A DNA stretch of 64,000 nucleotides from Phyllobates terribilis. Taxonomy: Eukaryota. Made by a program: the position numbers and the translations under genes. The stretch is taken from NCBI RefSeq assembly GCF_046119375.1, contig NW_027362773.1, forward strand, positions 4,402,001 to 4,466,000, given 5' to 3'. Of the stretch, positions 12,273-22,164 are shown piece by piece; the stretch's first letter is position 1, and the number at the start of each line of letters is the position of its first letter. The notes under the pieces were generated by a model. It did not search any database. It saw nothing but the letters and a program-made list of their open reading frames with translations, and was not told the DNA's origin.

Positions 12273-13839
12273 CACTGCTCAAAAAAATAAAGGGAACACT
12301 CCAATAACACATCCTAGATCTGAATGAATGAAATATTCTCATTGAATACTTTGTTCTGTACAAAGTTGAATGTGCTGACAACAAAATCACACAAAAATCA
12401 TCAATGGAAATCAAATTTATTAACCAATGGAGGCCTGAATTTGGAGTCACCCCCAAATTAAAGTGTAAAAACACACTACACGCTGATCCAACTTTGATGT
12501 AATGTCCTTAAAACAAGTCAAAATGAGGCTCAGTATTGTGTGCGGCCTCCACGTGCCTGTATGACCTCCCTACAATGCCTGGGCATGCTCCTGATGAGGT
12601 TGCGGATGGTCTCCTGTGGGATCTCCTCCCAGACCTGGACTAAAGCATCCGCCAACTCCTGGACAGTCTGTGGTGTAACGTGACGTTGGTGGATGGAGCG
12701 AGACATGATGTCCCAGATGTGCTCAATCGGATTCAGGTCTGGGGAACGGGCGGGCCAGTCCATAGCTTCAATGCCTTCATCTTGCAGGAACTGCTGACAC
12801 ACTCCAGCCACATGAGGTCTGGCATTGTCCTGCATTAGGAGGAACCTAGGGTCCACCGCACCAGCATATGGTCTCACAAGGGGTCTGAGGATCTCATCTC
12901 GGTACCTAATGGCAGTCAGGCTACCTCTGGCGAGCACATGGAGGGCTGTGCGGCCCTCCAAAGAAATGCCACCCCCACACCATTACTGACCCACTGTCAT
13001 GCTGAAGGATGTTGCAGGCAGCAGATCGCTCTCCACGGCGTCTCCAGACTCTGCCACGTCTGTCACGTGCTCAGTGTGAACCTGCTTTCATCTGTGAAGC
13101 GCACAGGGCACTAGTGGCGACTTTGCCAATCCTGGTGTTCTGTGTCAAATGCCAAGTGTCCTGCACAGTGTTGGGCTGTGAACGCAACCCCCTTCTGTGG
13201 ATGTCGGGCCCTCATACCCACCCTCATGGAGTCGGTTTCTAACTGTTTGTGCAGACACATGCACATTTTTGGCCTGCTAGAGGTCATTTTGCAGGGCTCT
13301 GGCTGTGCTCCTCCTATTTCTCCTTGCACAAAGGCGGAGGTAGCGGTCCTGCTGCTGGGTTGTTGCCCTCCTACGGCCCCCTCCACATCTCCTGGTGTAC
13401 TGGCCTGTCTCCTGGTAGCGCCTCCAGCCTCTGGACACTACGCTGACAGACACAGCAAGCCTTGCCACAGCTCACATTGATGTGCCATCCTGGATGAGCT
13501 GCACTACCTGAGAAACTTCTGTGGGTTGTAGAGTCCGTCTCATGCTACCACGAGTGTGAAAGCACAACCAACATTCTAAAGTGACCAAAACATCAGCCAG
13601 AAAGCATTGGTACTGAGACGTGGTTTGTGGTCCCCACCTGCAGAACCACTCCTTTATTGAGGGTGTCTTGATAATTGCCAATAATTTCCATCTATTGTCT
13701 ATTCCATTTGCACAACAGTATGTGAAATTGATTGTTAATCAGTGTTGCTTCCTAAGTGGACAGTTTGATTTCACAGAAGTTTGATTTACTTGGAGTTATA
13801 TTCTGTTGTTTAAGTGTTCCCTTTATTTTTTGAGCAGTG
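12273..13839 (-). mobile_element. Tc1 transposon, DD34E, frameshifted
   Basis: TA TSD both sides; TIR CACTGCTCAAAAAAATAAAGGGAACAC; ORF 12530-12961 MQDNARPH..WPARSPDLNPIEHIW with 34 residues between D and E; upstream HTH pieces 13111-13681. Confidence 0.92.
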
Positions 13840-14660
13840 TACTTATCATTATTGACTGAATGAATGGAAAAAATGAAACCACATCATTCAGATCCTGATA
13901 CATTATAACTGCAGTAAATGTAGGCGTGATCTGCTCACACGCGTGTGTGATGAAGTTTAAACTAGCAATGCAAAGTGATACTGACATGTGGATAGTGTCA
14001 CTTAGGATGGCTGGCAGCACCAATTCTGTTAGTTGGCGCTGTACAGCTCATTGAATTATATATGATAGGATTAGATACACAGACTGTGTCATACGATAGA
14101 ATTAGATACACGTCTCAGCAAACTACGAGACAGGGACTGGCCTTTGAAGGTACACAGGCCCACTTAGTGATGGATGCGTAATATCTTTGTGCACCTGTAT
14201 CTTACAAGAAGTGAGGTGAGTGTAACACAGCTATATCTATAATATAACCGGGGATGCATGTCTCGGTCTGAAGCCTTTATAGACTGCGCATGCGAAATGC
14301 GCAGTCTGGATCCAGACAGAAGAACGCATGGAGCTGTTACAGGTAAGAGGAGTGTATGCCGCCAGAGATCGCGGTATGCATAGACACTGAACGCATACCG
14401 TGATCTCCGGCGCCATACTTACCTGACCGGGAGGAGCGTTGCCGCGGTGCCTCTCTTTGCCGGAGACCGGGGCAGGAGTGAGGCGTCGGAATCGGTGCAT
14501 GCGCACATTTGCAGTGTGTCTTCAGCAAAATGGCGCCGGACAGCATGGTGCTTCAGTGCCGCACTCCTCCTCCGGCCTCAGGCAGAACAGAACTCAGCAG
14601 CGCTGGAGCACATAGAAAAAAGGTGAGTATAAGTGTTTATTTTTTTGCATGTTTGTACAG

Positions 14661-16050
14661 TGTGAAAGGGATGAGGGGGCCACACATACCAGGATTGTGG
14701 GGTGAGGGGGGACCATGCATACCAGGATTGGGGGGTGAGGGGACCATGCATACCAGGATTGGGGGTGAGGGGATCATGCATACCAGGATTGGGGGGTGAG
14801 GGGTATCACACATGCCAAGATTGGGGGGTGAGGGGACCATGCATACCAGGATGAGGGGACCATGCATACCAGAATTGGGGGTGAGGGGTGCCATGCATAC
14901 CAGAATAGGGATGAGGGGTACCATACATATCAGGATAGGAATGCGGGGTACCATGTATACCAGGATGAGGGATGGGTTGCCATGCATACCAGGATGAGAG
15001 GTATCGTGCATACCAGAATAGGGATGAGGGGTGACATGCATACTAGGATGAGGAATTGGGTGCCATGCAGAACAGGTTTCTGGGATGAGGAGGCCATACA
15101 TACCAGAATTGGGATAAGGGGTGCTATGCATACCAGGATGAGGGTTACCATACATACCAGAATAGGGATGAGGGGTACCATACATACCAAGATAGGGATG
15201 AGGGGTACCATGTAAACCATGATTGGGGATGAGGGGCCCATGCATACCAGGATAGGGATGAGGAGTGCCATGCATATCAGGATTGGGGATGAGGGGTGTC
15301 ATGCATATCAGGATTGGGGATGAGAGAGCCATGCATACCAGGATTGGGGATTAGGGGTACCATGCATACCAGGATTGGGGATGAGGGGTGCCATGCATAT
15401 CAGGATTGGGGATGAGAGAGCCATGCATACCAGGATTGGGGATGAGGGGTGCCATGCATACCAATATAGCGATGAGGAGTGCCATGGTGCCATGCATACC
15501 AGGATTGAGGATGAGGGATACCATAAATACCAGGATAGGGATGAGGGATGGGGTACCATGCATACCAGGATAGGATGAGGAGTACCACACATACCAGGAT
15601 TGGGGATGAGGGGTGCCACGCATACCAGGATTGGTGGTGAGGGGTGCCATGCATACCAGGATTGGGGATGAGGGGTGCCATGCCTTCCAGGATTGAGGTT
15701 GAGGGGTGCCATGCATACCTGGATTGAGGGTGAGGGGTGCCATGCATACCAGGATTGGGGGTGAGGGGTGCCATGCATACCAGGATTGGGGATGAGGGAG
15801 CCATGCATACCAGCATTGGGGATGAGGGTGCCATGCATACCAGGATTGGGGGTGAGGGGTGCCATGCATACCAGGATTGGGGGTGAGGGGTGCCATGCAT
15901 ACCAGGATTGGGGGTGAGGGGTGCCATGCATACCAGGATTGGGGATGAGGGAGCCATGCATACCAGGATTGGGGGGTGAGGGGTGCCACGCATACCAGGA
16001 TTGGGGATGAGGGGTGCCATGCATACCAGGATGAGGGGTGCCATGCATAC
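14661..16050. repeat. G-rich minisatellite, ~31 bp unit, roughly 45 copies
   Basis: Consensus CCATGCATACCAGGATTGGGGATGAGGGGTG repeated with variation; most homogeneous from ~15590 to 16040. Confidence 0.95.
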
Positions 16051-16330
16051 CATAGTGCTGCGGCCTCTACATATAGTTAATGGGCAGGGATGCAAAGAGT
16101 CAGATACCCACTGAACTAATATTGATGACCTATTCTAGAGATAGGCGATTAATTTCAAGTCCTTGATAATCACTTAAAAGGCCTGAGTAATTTAATAAAA
16201 TATAATAATTGAATGCATCTAAACCACACCAGAAAACAAAATATTTTTTATTGTTTTACAAACTAATTAACATGAAAAGCACGACAGTGCAAAGAACAGT
16301 TAGCAATGAAAATGTTTAGTGCAATGAAAA

Positions 16331-16759
16331 CTAAAGCACCACTCCAGTGGTGTTTTCTTTAATTTTACCTCTAGATCGGTCGCAGTAACCTAAGATCCCT
16401 GATCCTAGTCTTATACTCACCAGATGTCATCTTCATCTTTTCTCAGCACCACTCCGGTCGTTCTGCAGAAGTTAGTGACCAGCCGTATTGCTCCACTGTT
16501 TGCTGGGTGAGCCGGAGGTCATTACTCAATGTAAGTCTATGAGAGCCAAAACGAGGTTCCCATAGACTTACACTCAGAGCTTGTGACTGTTCTCTCTGAC
16601 TTACTGTCAGTCAGAAGTTGCGGTCACAAGAGGGCACCGCGGGAACAGAGCGGCACCAGGAAGAGCTGAAGACTGCGCTGGTGAGTATAATACTGGGAAC
16701 TTAGATTAGTAGCATCACTCCAGCGCTGAAATAAAATAAACACTAGAGTAATGTTTTAA
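16331..16759. mobile_element. T2/Kolobok-type MITE (TTAA-flanked)
   Basis: CTAA..TTAA flanks; TIR AGCACCACTCCAG / CTAGAGTAATGTT; internally palindromic. Confidence 0.55.
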
Positions 16760-16968
16760 TGCAGCTTACTAATAGATATAACTGACATGTTAGCTTTATT
16801 CGTTCAATTCAATATCGACAATAACAAAAGTATATACTTTTATCATGTACCATTTTTTTTCTCTACAATTTCTGAGACCCATAACTTTGGGGTTTTTTTT
16901 GGCAGGGGGAGAATGGCGTTGGGAAACTGTAGTTCTCACTGGTGCTTATTTGGGGTACATATCACTTA

Positions 16969-17527
16969 GGGCATGTGCAAATGACATTTTTGGAGGGCAG
17001 ATCCCACAATGGAAACCACTATGAAAAATAGTTAAATGAATAAACATGTGTATTTATATAAAAAATGGCTTACTGTGCACAAGTTCAGGCTTTTGAGCAT
17101 CTTTTAAAAACTTCAGTTTTCTAAAAAAAAAAAACAAAGCGAATAAAAGAAGTGATCGGTCCATTGTGGTCTATTCTACTCGGAAAACACTCTGTACTTT
17201 ACAATGCAAGTCAATGAGAAGGCTCGGAAGACACCGGGACGTCTTTTGTAGTGTTATCGCTTTTGCTTAAAAATGAAAGTAGTTTCCTCATTATTCAGTG
17301 GAGAGGTAAAAAACACAGAAAATGACAGTAAAAAAGATGTAACAAAAACAATGGGAAAACACTTGAAAAAAAAATGAAAGTGGCCAAAACCGTAGGAAAA
17401 ATGGCCAGGAAATGACTGTAAAACTACAAAGAAGATGGTTCAGGAAAAAAAAACACCATGGTTTTTAGCATCTTCTGCTTGAAAAACTTTGGCTGTCTTG
17501 CTTGAGCTTAAAATGTCTCGTGTGCCC
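16969..17527. mobile_element. PIF/Harbinger-type MITE
   Basis: 3 bp TSD TTA (16966-68, 17528-30); termini GGGCA..TGCCC. Confidence 0.6.
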
Positions 17528-17584
17528 TTAAAGTGGTTTTCCATCTTTATTTTTATATAGCGCTAACATATTCCGCAGTGCTTT

Positions 17585-18825
17585 TGTGGCGCCCCTGAGG
17601 GTTCAGTTGCCACAGAGGTAGTGCACTTTCCAGAAGTGTGGTATCCCCTTCTCTCAGGTAAGGAAGGAGTGCTGCCCGGAACCCCAACACCTGCATCCAA
17701 CACTACACTGCTCCAGGCAGGCTGGAGGGGCAACATGCAGAGCGCAGCTGCTGAGCCCTGTCCCTGGCTGGAGTGGGGGGAACCCAGAGGTAGGGGGAAC
17801 CAGTAGTGGGTGTGGGTGGAGGAAGCAGTTTAGGGGAGCACCATAATAGTAGATATATAAGGGGAAGCCATCTTAGGGTGTGAGTTTTGTAGTTGAGAAG
17901 AGAGTGTCAGACAGGGAGCAGAGTCTCTTTAGGAGCTCTGCTCCACAAGTAGGGCCCAGTCCTAGAGGCCCAGGTGGGGAGCAGAGGAGTAGGCTCCGTT
18001 CTAAGAAGGGATCCTAGGGGGTACGGCAGGACGGCACCCGTATGCCCCACATCTGTCAGAAGACAGAGGGATCGTAGGCCGCAAGAAGGGGACCGGCCCC
18101 TGGTCCAGCCGTGTTACTCCAGGTCTCGGCTGGGATAACCGGAGGCTTCTGGCTTCTATAGCCAGTTGCTGAAGCCTCATTCTAATCCCCGTGAGGGTCA
18201 AGCAGGTCCGGGAACTCCGACGAGACAGAAGGGACTTCAGAGCACCCGAGCGGGATTGAGAGTGGGAAGCGCAGGACAGGAGGGAGAAAGACCCAGCGTG
18301 AAGACAGTCTAGTTAGGAACACGAGAAAGTGGGGTTCTGCCAGGTACTCCTGATCTGCCTGAGGAAGTGCTGAACCCCGGCCTGGTGAACGCAGCGCGAC
18401 GTGGGAGGCCGACAACTGTACAGTGCACCAGTGGAACTGTCATAAGAACTGTGAGTAAAGACTCGGATGAATGCACCGCAATGCTTCCGTCCCTTCTTTC
18501 ACCTGCGCCATCTTTCCCTCCCTGCACTACAACGCCCAGCGCACCTTACAAATCCTACACTGCCCTGGAGCTAGCTCTACCTGTGGAGAGCCACACCATC
18601 CCTGCTGCCGTAACACCAGCTCCAGAGGACTGCTCCACAGCGGCGGCTCCCTTTAGCCGTATTCCACAGGTGGCGTCACAAACTTTTCCAAAAACCCCAT
18701 ATAAATAGAAGTTCCCCCTTTTTACTGACCGCCCTGGGTTACGGACCGGGCCAGCCACCGTGATATCCCCCGCCGGCATCCAGAGGCCCGGCTGCCGAGT
18801 ACCCCACGGCCCTGGGGGCGCGTCA
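17585..18825 (+). mobile_element. Solo LTR (1241 bp) related to the LTRs of the cold-shock-domain element
   Basis: Starts TGTGGCGCCCCTGAGG, ends CTGGGGGCGCGTCA; 4 bp flanks CTTT/GTTT; first ~90 and last ~50 nt align by eye with 30155-31365. Confidence 0.85.
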
Positions 18826-19300
18826 GTTTACATATTCCCTGGATTGCTTTTTTTGGAAAAAAAACAAACTGCAGCACTGATGTCACATCACAATGACAGC
18901 GCTGCAACCAATCAAGGAGCTCAGCAGCTATCTGATTGGTTACAGTGCTGTTGATGTGATGTCAGAGATGCAGACAATTATAGACACCAGGCAAAACAGG
19001 AGTTTGTATTTTTTATAACAAAAAGGACGTATCAGACATCAAGAGGATGTGAGCTGCCAGCCCCATGTAAGGAGTACTTACATGAATACATCACCAGAAC
19101 CATCAGTACATGAATACATCACTAGAAGCAAGTTTTGAGTATTTCAGGAGTACAGTGTCCATTTTAGGACATGATCAGATATCAAAGTCAAACAACAGAA
19201 TAATGTCAGTTTGAGTCTAAATACCCTGTCTGAGAACTGACTTTGATATCTGACTTTGACATCTGACTTTTACAACAGATAATAATAATAAAAAATTCCC

Positions 19301-19375
19301 TGTACACTTCTGGGACTAAAACCCAAAGCTCTATGTCTGGAAGCCAGTACACTTACCATTGAGCTATACACTCAG
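19301..19375 (-). promoter_or_regulatory. tRNA-like Pol III type-2 module (outer module, left arm)
   Basis: Reverse strand has A-box TAGCTCAATGG and a degenerate T-arm GGGTTTTAGTCCC; mirror of 20438-20514. Confidence 0.45.
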
Positions 19376-19612
19376 TTGAAAAAACTTAGGCATTCTATTT
19401 GGTTATGTGATTTTTAGTGCAAACCTGTCTGAAACTCATTGGGACTTTCACACAGACTTCAAGCAAGCCAAATTAAAATGATGTGTGAGTTTGATATGTG
19501 TGTCTGGTATCTGATTTTCTTCAAACATCAGAATCACAATGACTTTTAGAAACCCTGAGTATTTTCATGGTTGATACCATAAGGCAAGAAAAGCTGCAAG
19601 TCACTATCACTT

Positions 19613-19699
19613 GACTTTATGGCTGAATGGTAAAGCTTCAGCCTCATAGAGTGGATGTTTGAGGTTCAAATCCCAAGACCATAATAATTTTTTTTTTTT
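19613..19699 (+). promoter_or_regulatory. tRNA-like Pol III type-2 module (inner module, left arm)
   Basis: A-box TGGCTGAATGG 19620-19630, CTCATA loop-like segment, B-box GGTTCAAATCC 19663-19673, oligo-T run 19688-19699. Confidence 0.55.
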
Positions 19700-20125
19700 A
19701 ATTATGCTTAGTTCGCACACAAACTACAGGGATGTTTTACTTTTAATATCTGACATTCTGACTGTCATCCTGACGTGTTAAGAGTTTCAGACACGCTGTC
19801 TATTTGCATGGTAAATTACATAGCCAAAGTAAATTGGGAAGCACTAATTTACTATCTATTTCCAAATGACTGTACGCTTGCATAATTTCTTAGGAAGGGG
19901 TCTAATGATCAAATTTCTTTATTGCAAATTTTTCTTTCCATCCACCCAAGTACTGGCTGCAAACTCCCAATTTACTTTGGCTGTGATTTACCATGCAAAT
20001 AGACAGCGTGTCTGAAACTCTTTCTTACCATGTCAGGATGACAATCAGAATGTCAGATATTAAAAGTAAAACTTCCCTGTAGTTTGTGTGTGAATGAAGC
20101 ATAATTAAAAAAAGAAGAAATATCT

Positions 20126-20200
20126 TCTGGCCCTGGGATTTAAACCCCAAAGCTCCACTCTATGAGGCTGAAGCTTTACCATAGGGTCCAGCCATATTGT
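20126..20200 (-). promoter_or_regulatory. tRNA-like module (inner module, right arm), degenerate
   Basis: Mirror of 19613-19685; B-box GGTTTAAATCC, A-box interrupted by a short insertion. Confidence 0.4.
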
Positions 20201-20437
20201 CAGGTGATAGTGACTGGCAGGTTTTCTTGGCTTATGCGATCAACCATGAAAATATGCATGGTGTCTAAAAGTCACTGTGATTCTGATGTTTAATGAAAGT
20301 CAGATTTCAGACTCGCATATCAAAGTCACACATCATTTGAATTTGGCTTGCTTGAAGTCTGTGTGAAAGTCCCAATGAGTTTCAGACAGGTTTGCACTGA
20401 AAATCACATAGCCAAATAGAATACCTAAGTTTCTTCA

Positions 20438-20524
20438 TCTGAGTGTATAGCTCAATGGTAAATGTACTGACTTCCAGACATAGAATTTTGCGTTCAAGTC
20501 CGAGAAGTGTACAGTTAACTTTTT
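20438..20524 (+). promoter_or_regulatory. tRNA-like Pol III type-2 module (outer module, right arm)
   Basis: A-box TAGCTCAATGG 20448-20458, B-box GTTCAAGTC 20492-20500, T-run at ~20520-20524. Confidence 0.55.
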
Positions 20525-20986
20525 ATTATTATTATTATTATCTGTTGTAAAAGTCAGATGTCGAAGTCACTTATCAAAGTCAGATGTCAAAGTCCCTTAT
20601 CAGAGTCACATATAAGTCAGTTCTCAGACAGGGTATTTAGCCTCAAACTGACATTATTCTGAAGTTTGACTTTGATATCTGATCATGTCCTAAAATCGAC
20701 ACTGTACAGGAGGGTTCGGATTGATTCTGTTCAGTTTCTGCTACAAAAAATAAGTGTGAAAAAACTGTAGGGGAACAAAAGGGCACAAGACCGTCGGGTC
20801 ATTCCCTTTTAGCTGCAAAGGAAAGTAAAAGGAAGGTGCTCACCTGAGTAGGTTGTGTGCAGGTACAACTATGAGCACCTGAAGATATCAGCTGCTGCTG
20901 CCTCATGGCTGGGGGATGATCTCTTCCAGAATAGTTAACAATTTGGACAAAAACACATCAGGCTGCACTGCTGTAATAAAGAATCC

Positions 20987-21548
20987 TTAAAGAAATTGCA
21001 GGTACCTTTTTTAAATTGCCAAATGTATTCCGTATGTGGGCATAAGTATATTTGTAAATACCTTGTGTAGTTGATAATGCCTGTGAGCGGCGCTATCGGT
21101 GGCCGCTCACAGACATCACATGACCCCGCGCTGATGTCACGACAAGTGAGGCGTGACTCAGCGCTGGGGTCCCCGTGATGGCTGCTGGGTTGTGGACAGG
21201 ATTATTTCCCGTGTCACACCCAGCATCTATCACACGCTTTCCCAATGAATGGGGAGAGGGAGAGAGCGTGGTGGATGCCAGGTGTGATGCAGGGGAATAA
21301 CCCTGCCCACAACCCAGCAGCCACCGGTGGAACGCGGAAGAGGGACCCTCGGCTGCAGCTTGGACTTGTCGTGACATCAGCGGATGTCAGCGCCAGCTGC
21401 AGTCGGGGGTCACGTGATGCCTGTGAGCGTCCAGTGGTAGTGCCGCTCACAGGCATTATCTGCAACACAAGGTAATTACAGAGATACTTATGCCCACATG
21501 CTGAATACATTGGGCAACTTAAAAAAAAGTACCGGACAACCCCTTTCA
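20987..21548. mobile_element. Palindromic T2-type MITE
   Basis: TTAA / TTCA flanks; left and right halves are reverse complements (TTGCCAAATGTATTC..GAATACATTGGGCAA); related to 58691-59116. Confidence 0.7.
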
Positions 21549-21830
21549 GACCAAGATGAGTTGAACGTTGTTTAATTTCCACAACACGATTCAATGCTGG
21601 ACTAGCGTCTTTATCAAGTGAAAAAAACAATTTTTTTTTCACTTGAAAATGCAAGTGGAATTAAAAAACATTCAACTTCTCTTGGTCTTCGGGATTGTTT
21701 ATTACAGCAGCCCAGCGTGATATCATGTTTTCGTCCAAATTGGTAAAAAAGGAAGTGTGAACATACCCTAATTTACACTGAGTTTTTGGAGCAGAAACTG
21801 AGCAGAATCTCGTCAAATTCTCCTCATAAT

Positions 21831-22044
21831 TAGTGTTGAGCGAATTTGTTTGGCATTTCATATTCGGGTTCGTGTTCGGGGTTCTGGCTTGTTCGCGCCA
21901 AAAAATCAGCGCCGCCCATGAACATCCCTGAGCGTGGCAAATCAGGGATGTTCACGGGCGGAGCCGTTTTTTTTTGGCGCAAACAAGCCGGAACCCTGAA
22001 CACGAACTTGAATTTGAAATGCAGAACAAATTTGCTCAACACTA
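21831..22044. mobile_element. 214 bp palindromic hAT MITE
   Basis: Perfect 8 bp TSD CTCATAAT (21823-30, 22045-52); termini TAGTGTTGAGCG / TGCTCAACACTA, similar to the hAT ends at 2212 and 35373. Confidence 0.9.
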
Positions 22045-22164
22045 CTCATAATCTCAAAACTTTAAGTTTTGAGGATTTTCAAGTTTCAACATAGCCATGA
22101 AGCACTTTTTGGATTGATAAATGTGTACAAGATCAGAATCTCTGTCAGTACATGAATGGCAGGA

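Larger units (their letters stand above)
19153..20704. mobile_element. Foldback (near-fully palindromic) non-autonomous element with Tc1/mariner-type ends
   Basis: TA on both sides; termini CAGTGTC / GACACTG; arms ~19153-19840 and ~19963-20704 are reverse complements around a ~120 bp spacer; subterminal ~12 bp CTGACTTTGA repeats. Confidence 0.85.

Noticed and set aside
14661-16050. CRISPR-like appearance of ~31 bp repeats
   Set aside because: Units are head-to-tail with no unique spacers, there are no cas genes, and the context is vertebrate repeat DNA.
14509-16095. Many 100-250 aa ORFs on both strands (MHGTPHPQSWYAW repeats)
   Set aside because: They are translations of a stop-poor minisatellite in several frames at once; no sign of a real gene.
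19301-20524. Four genuine tRNA genes
   Set aside because: Acceptor and anticodon stems do not pair properly and some boxes are degenerate; kept only as tRNA-like modules.
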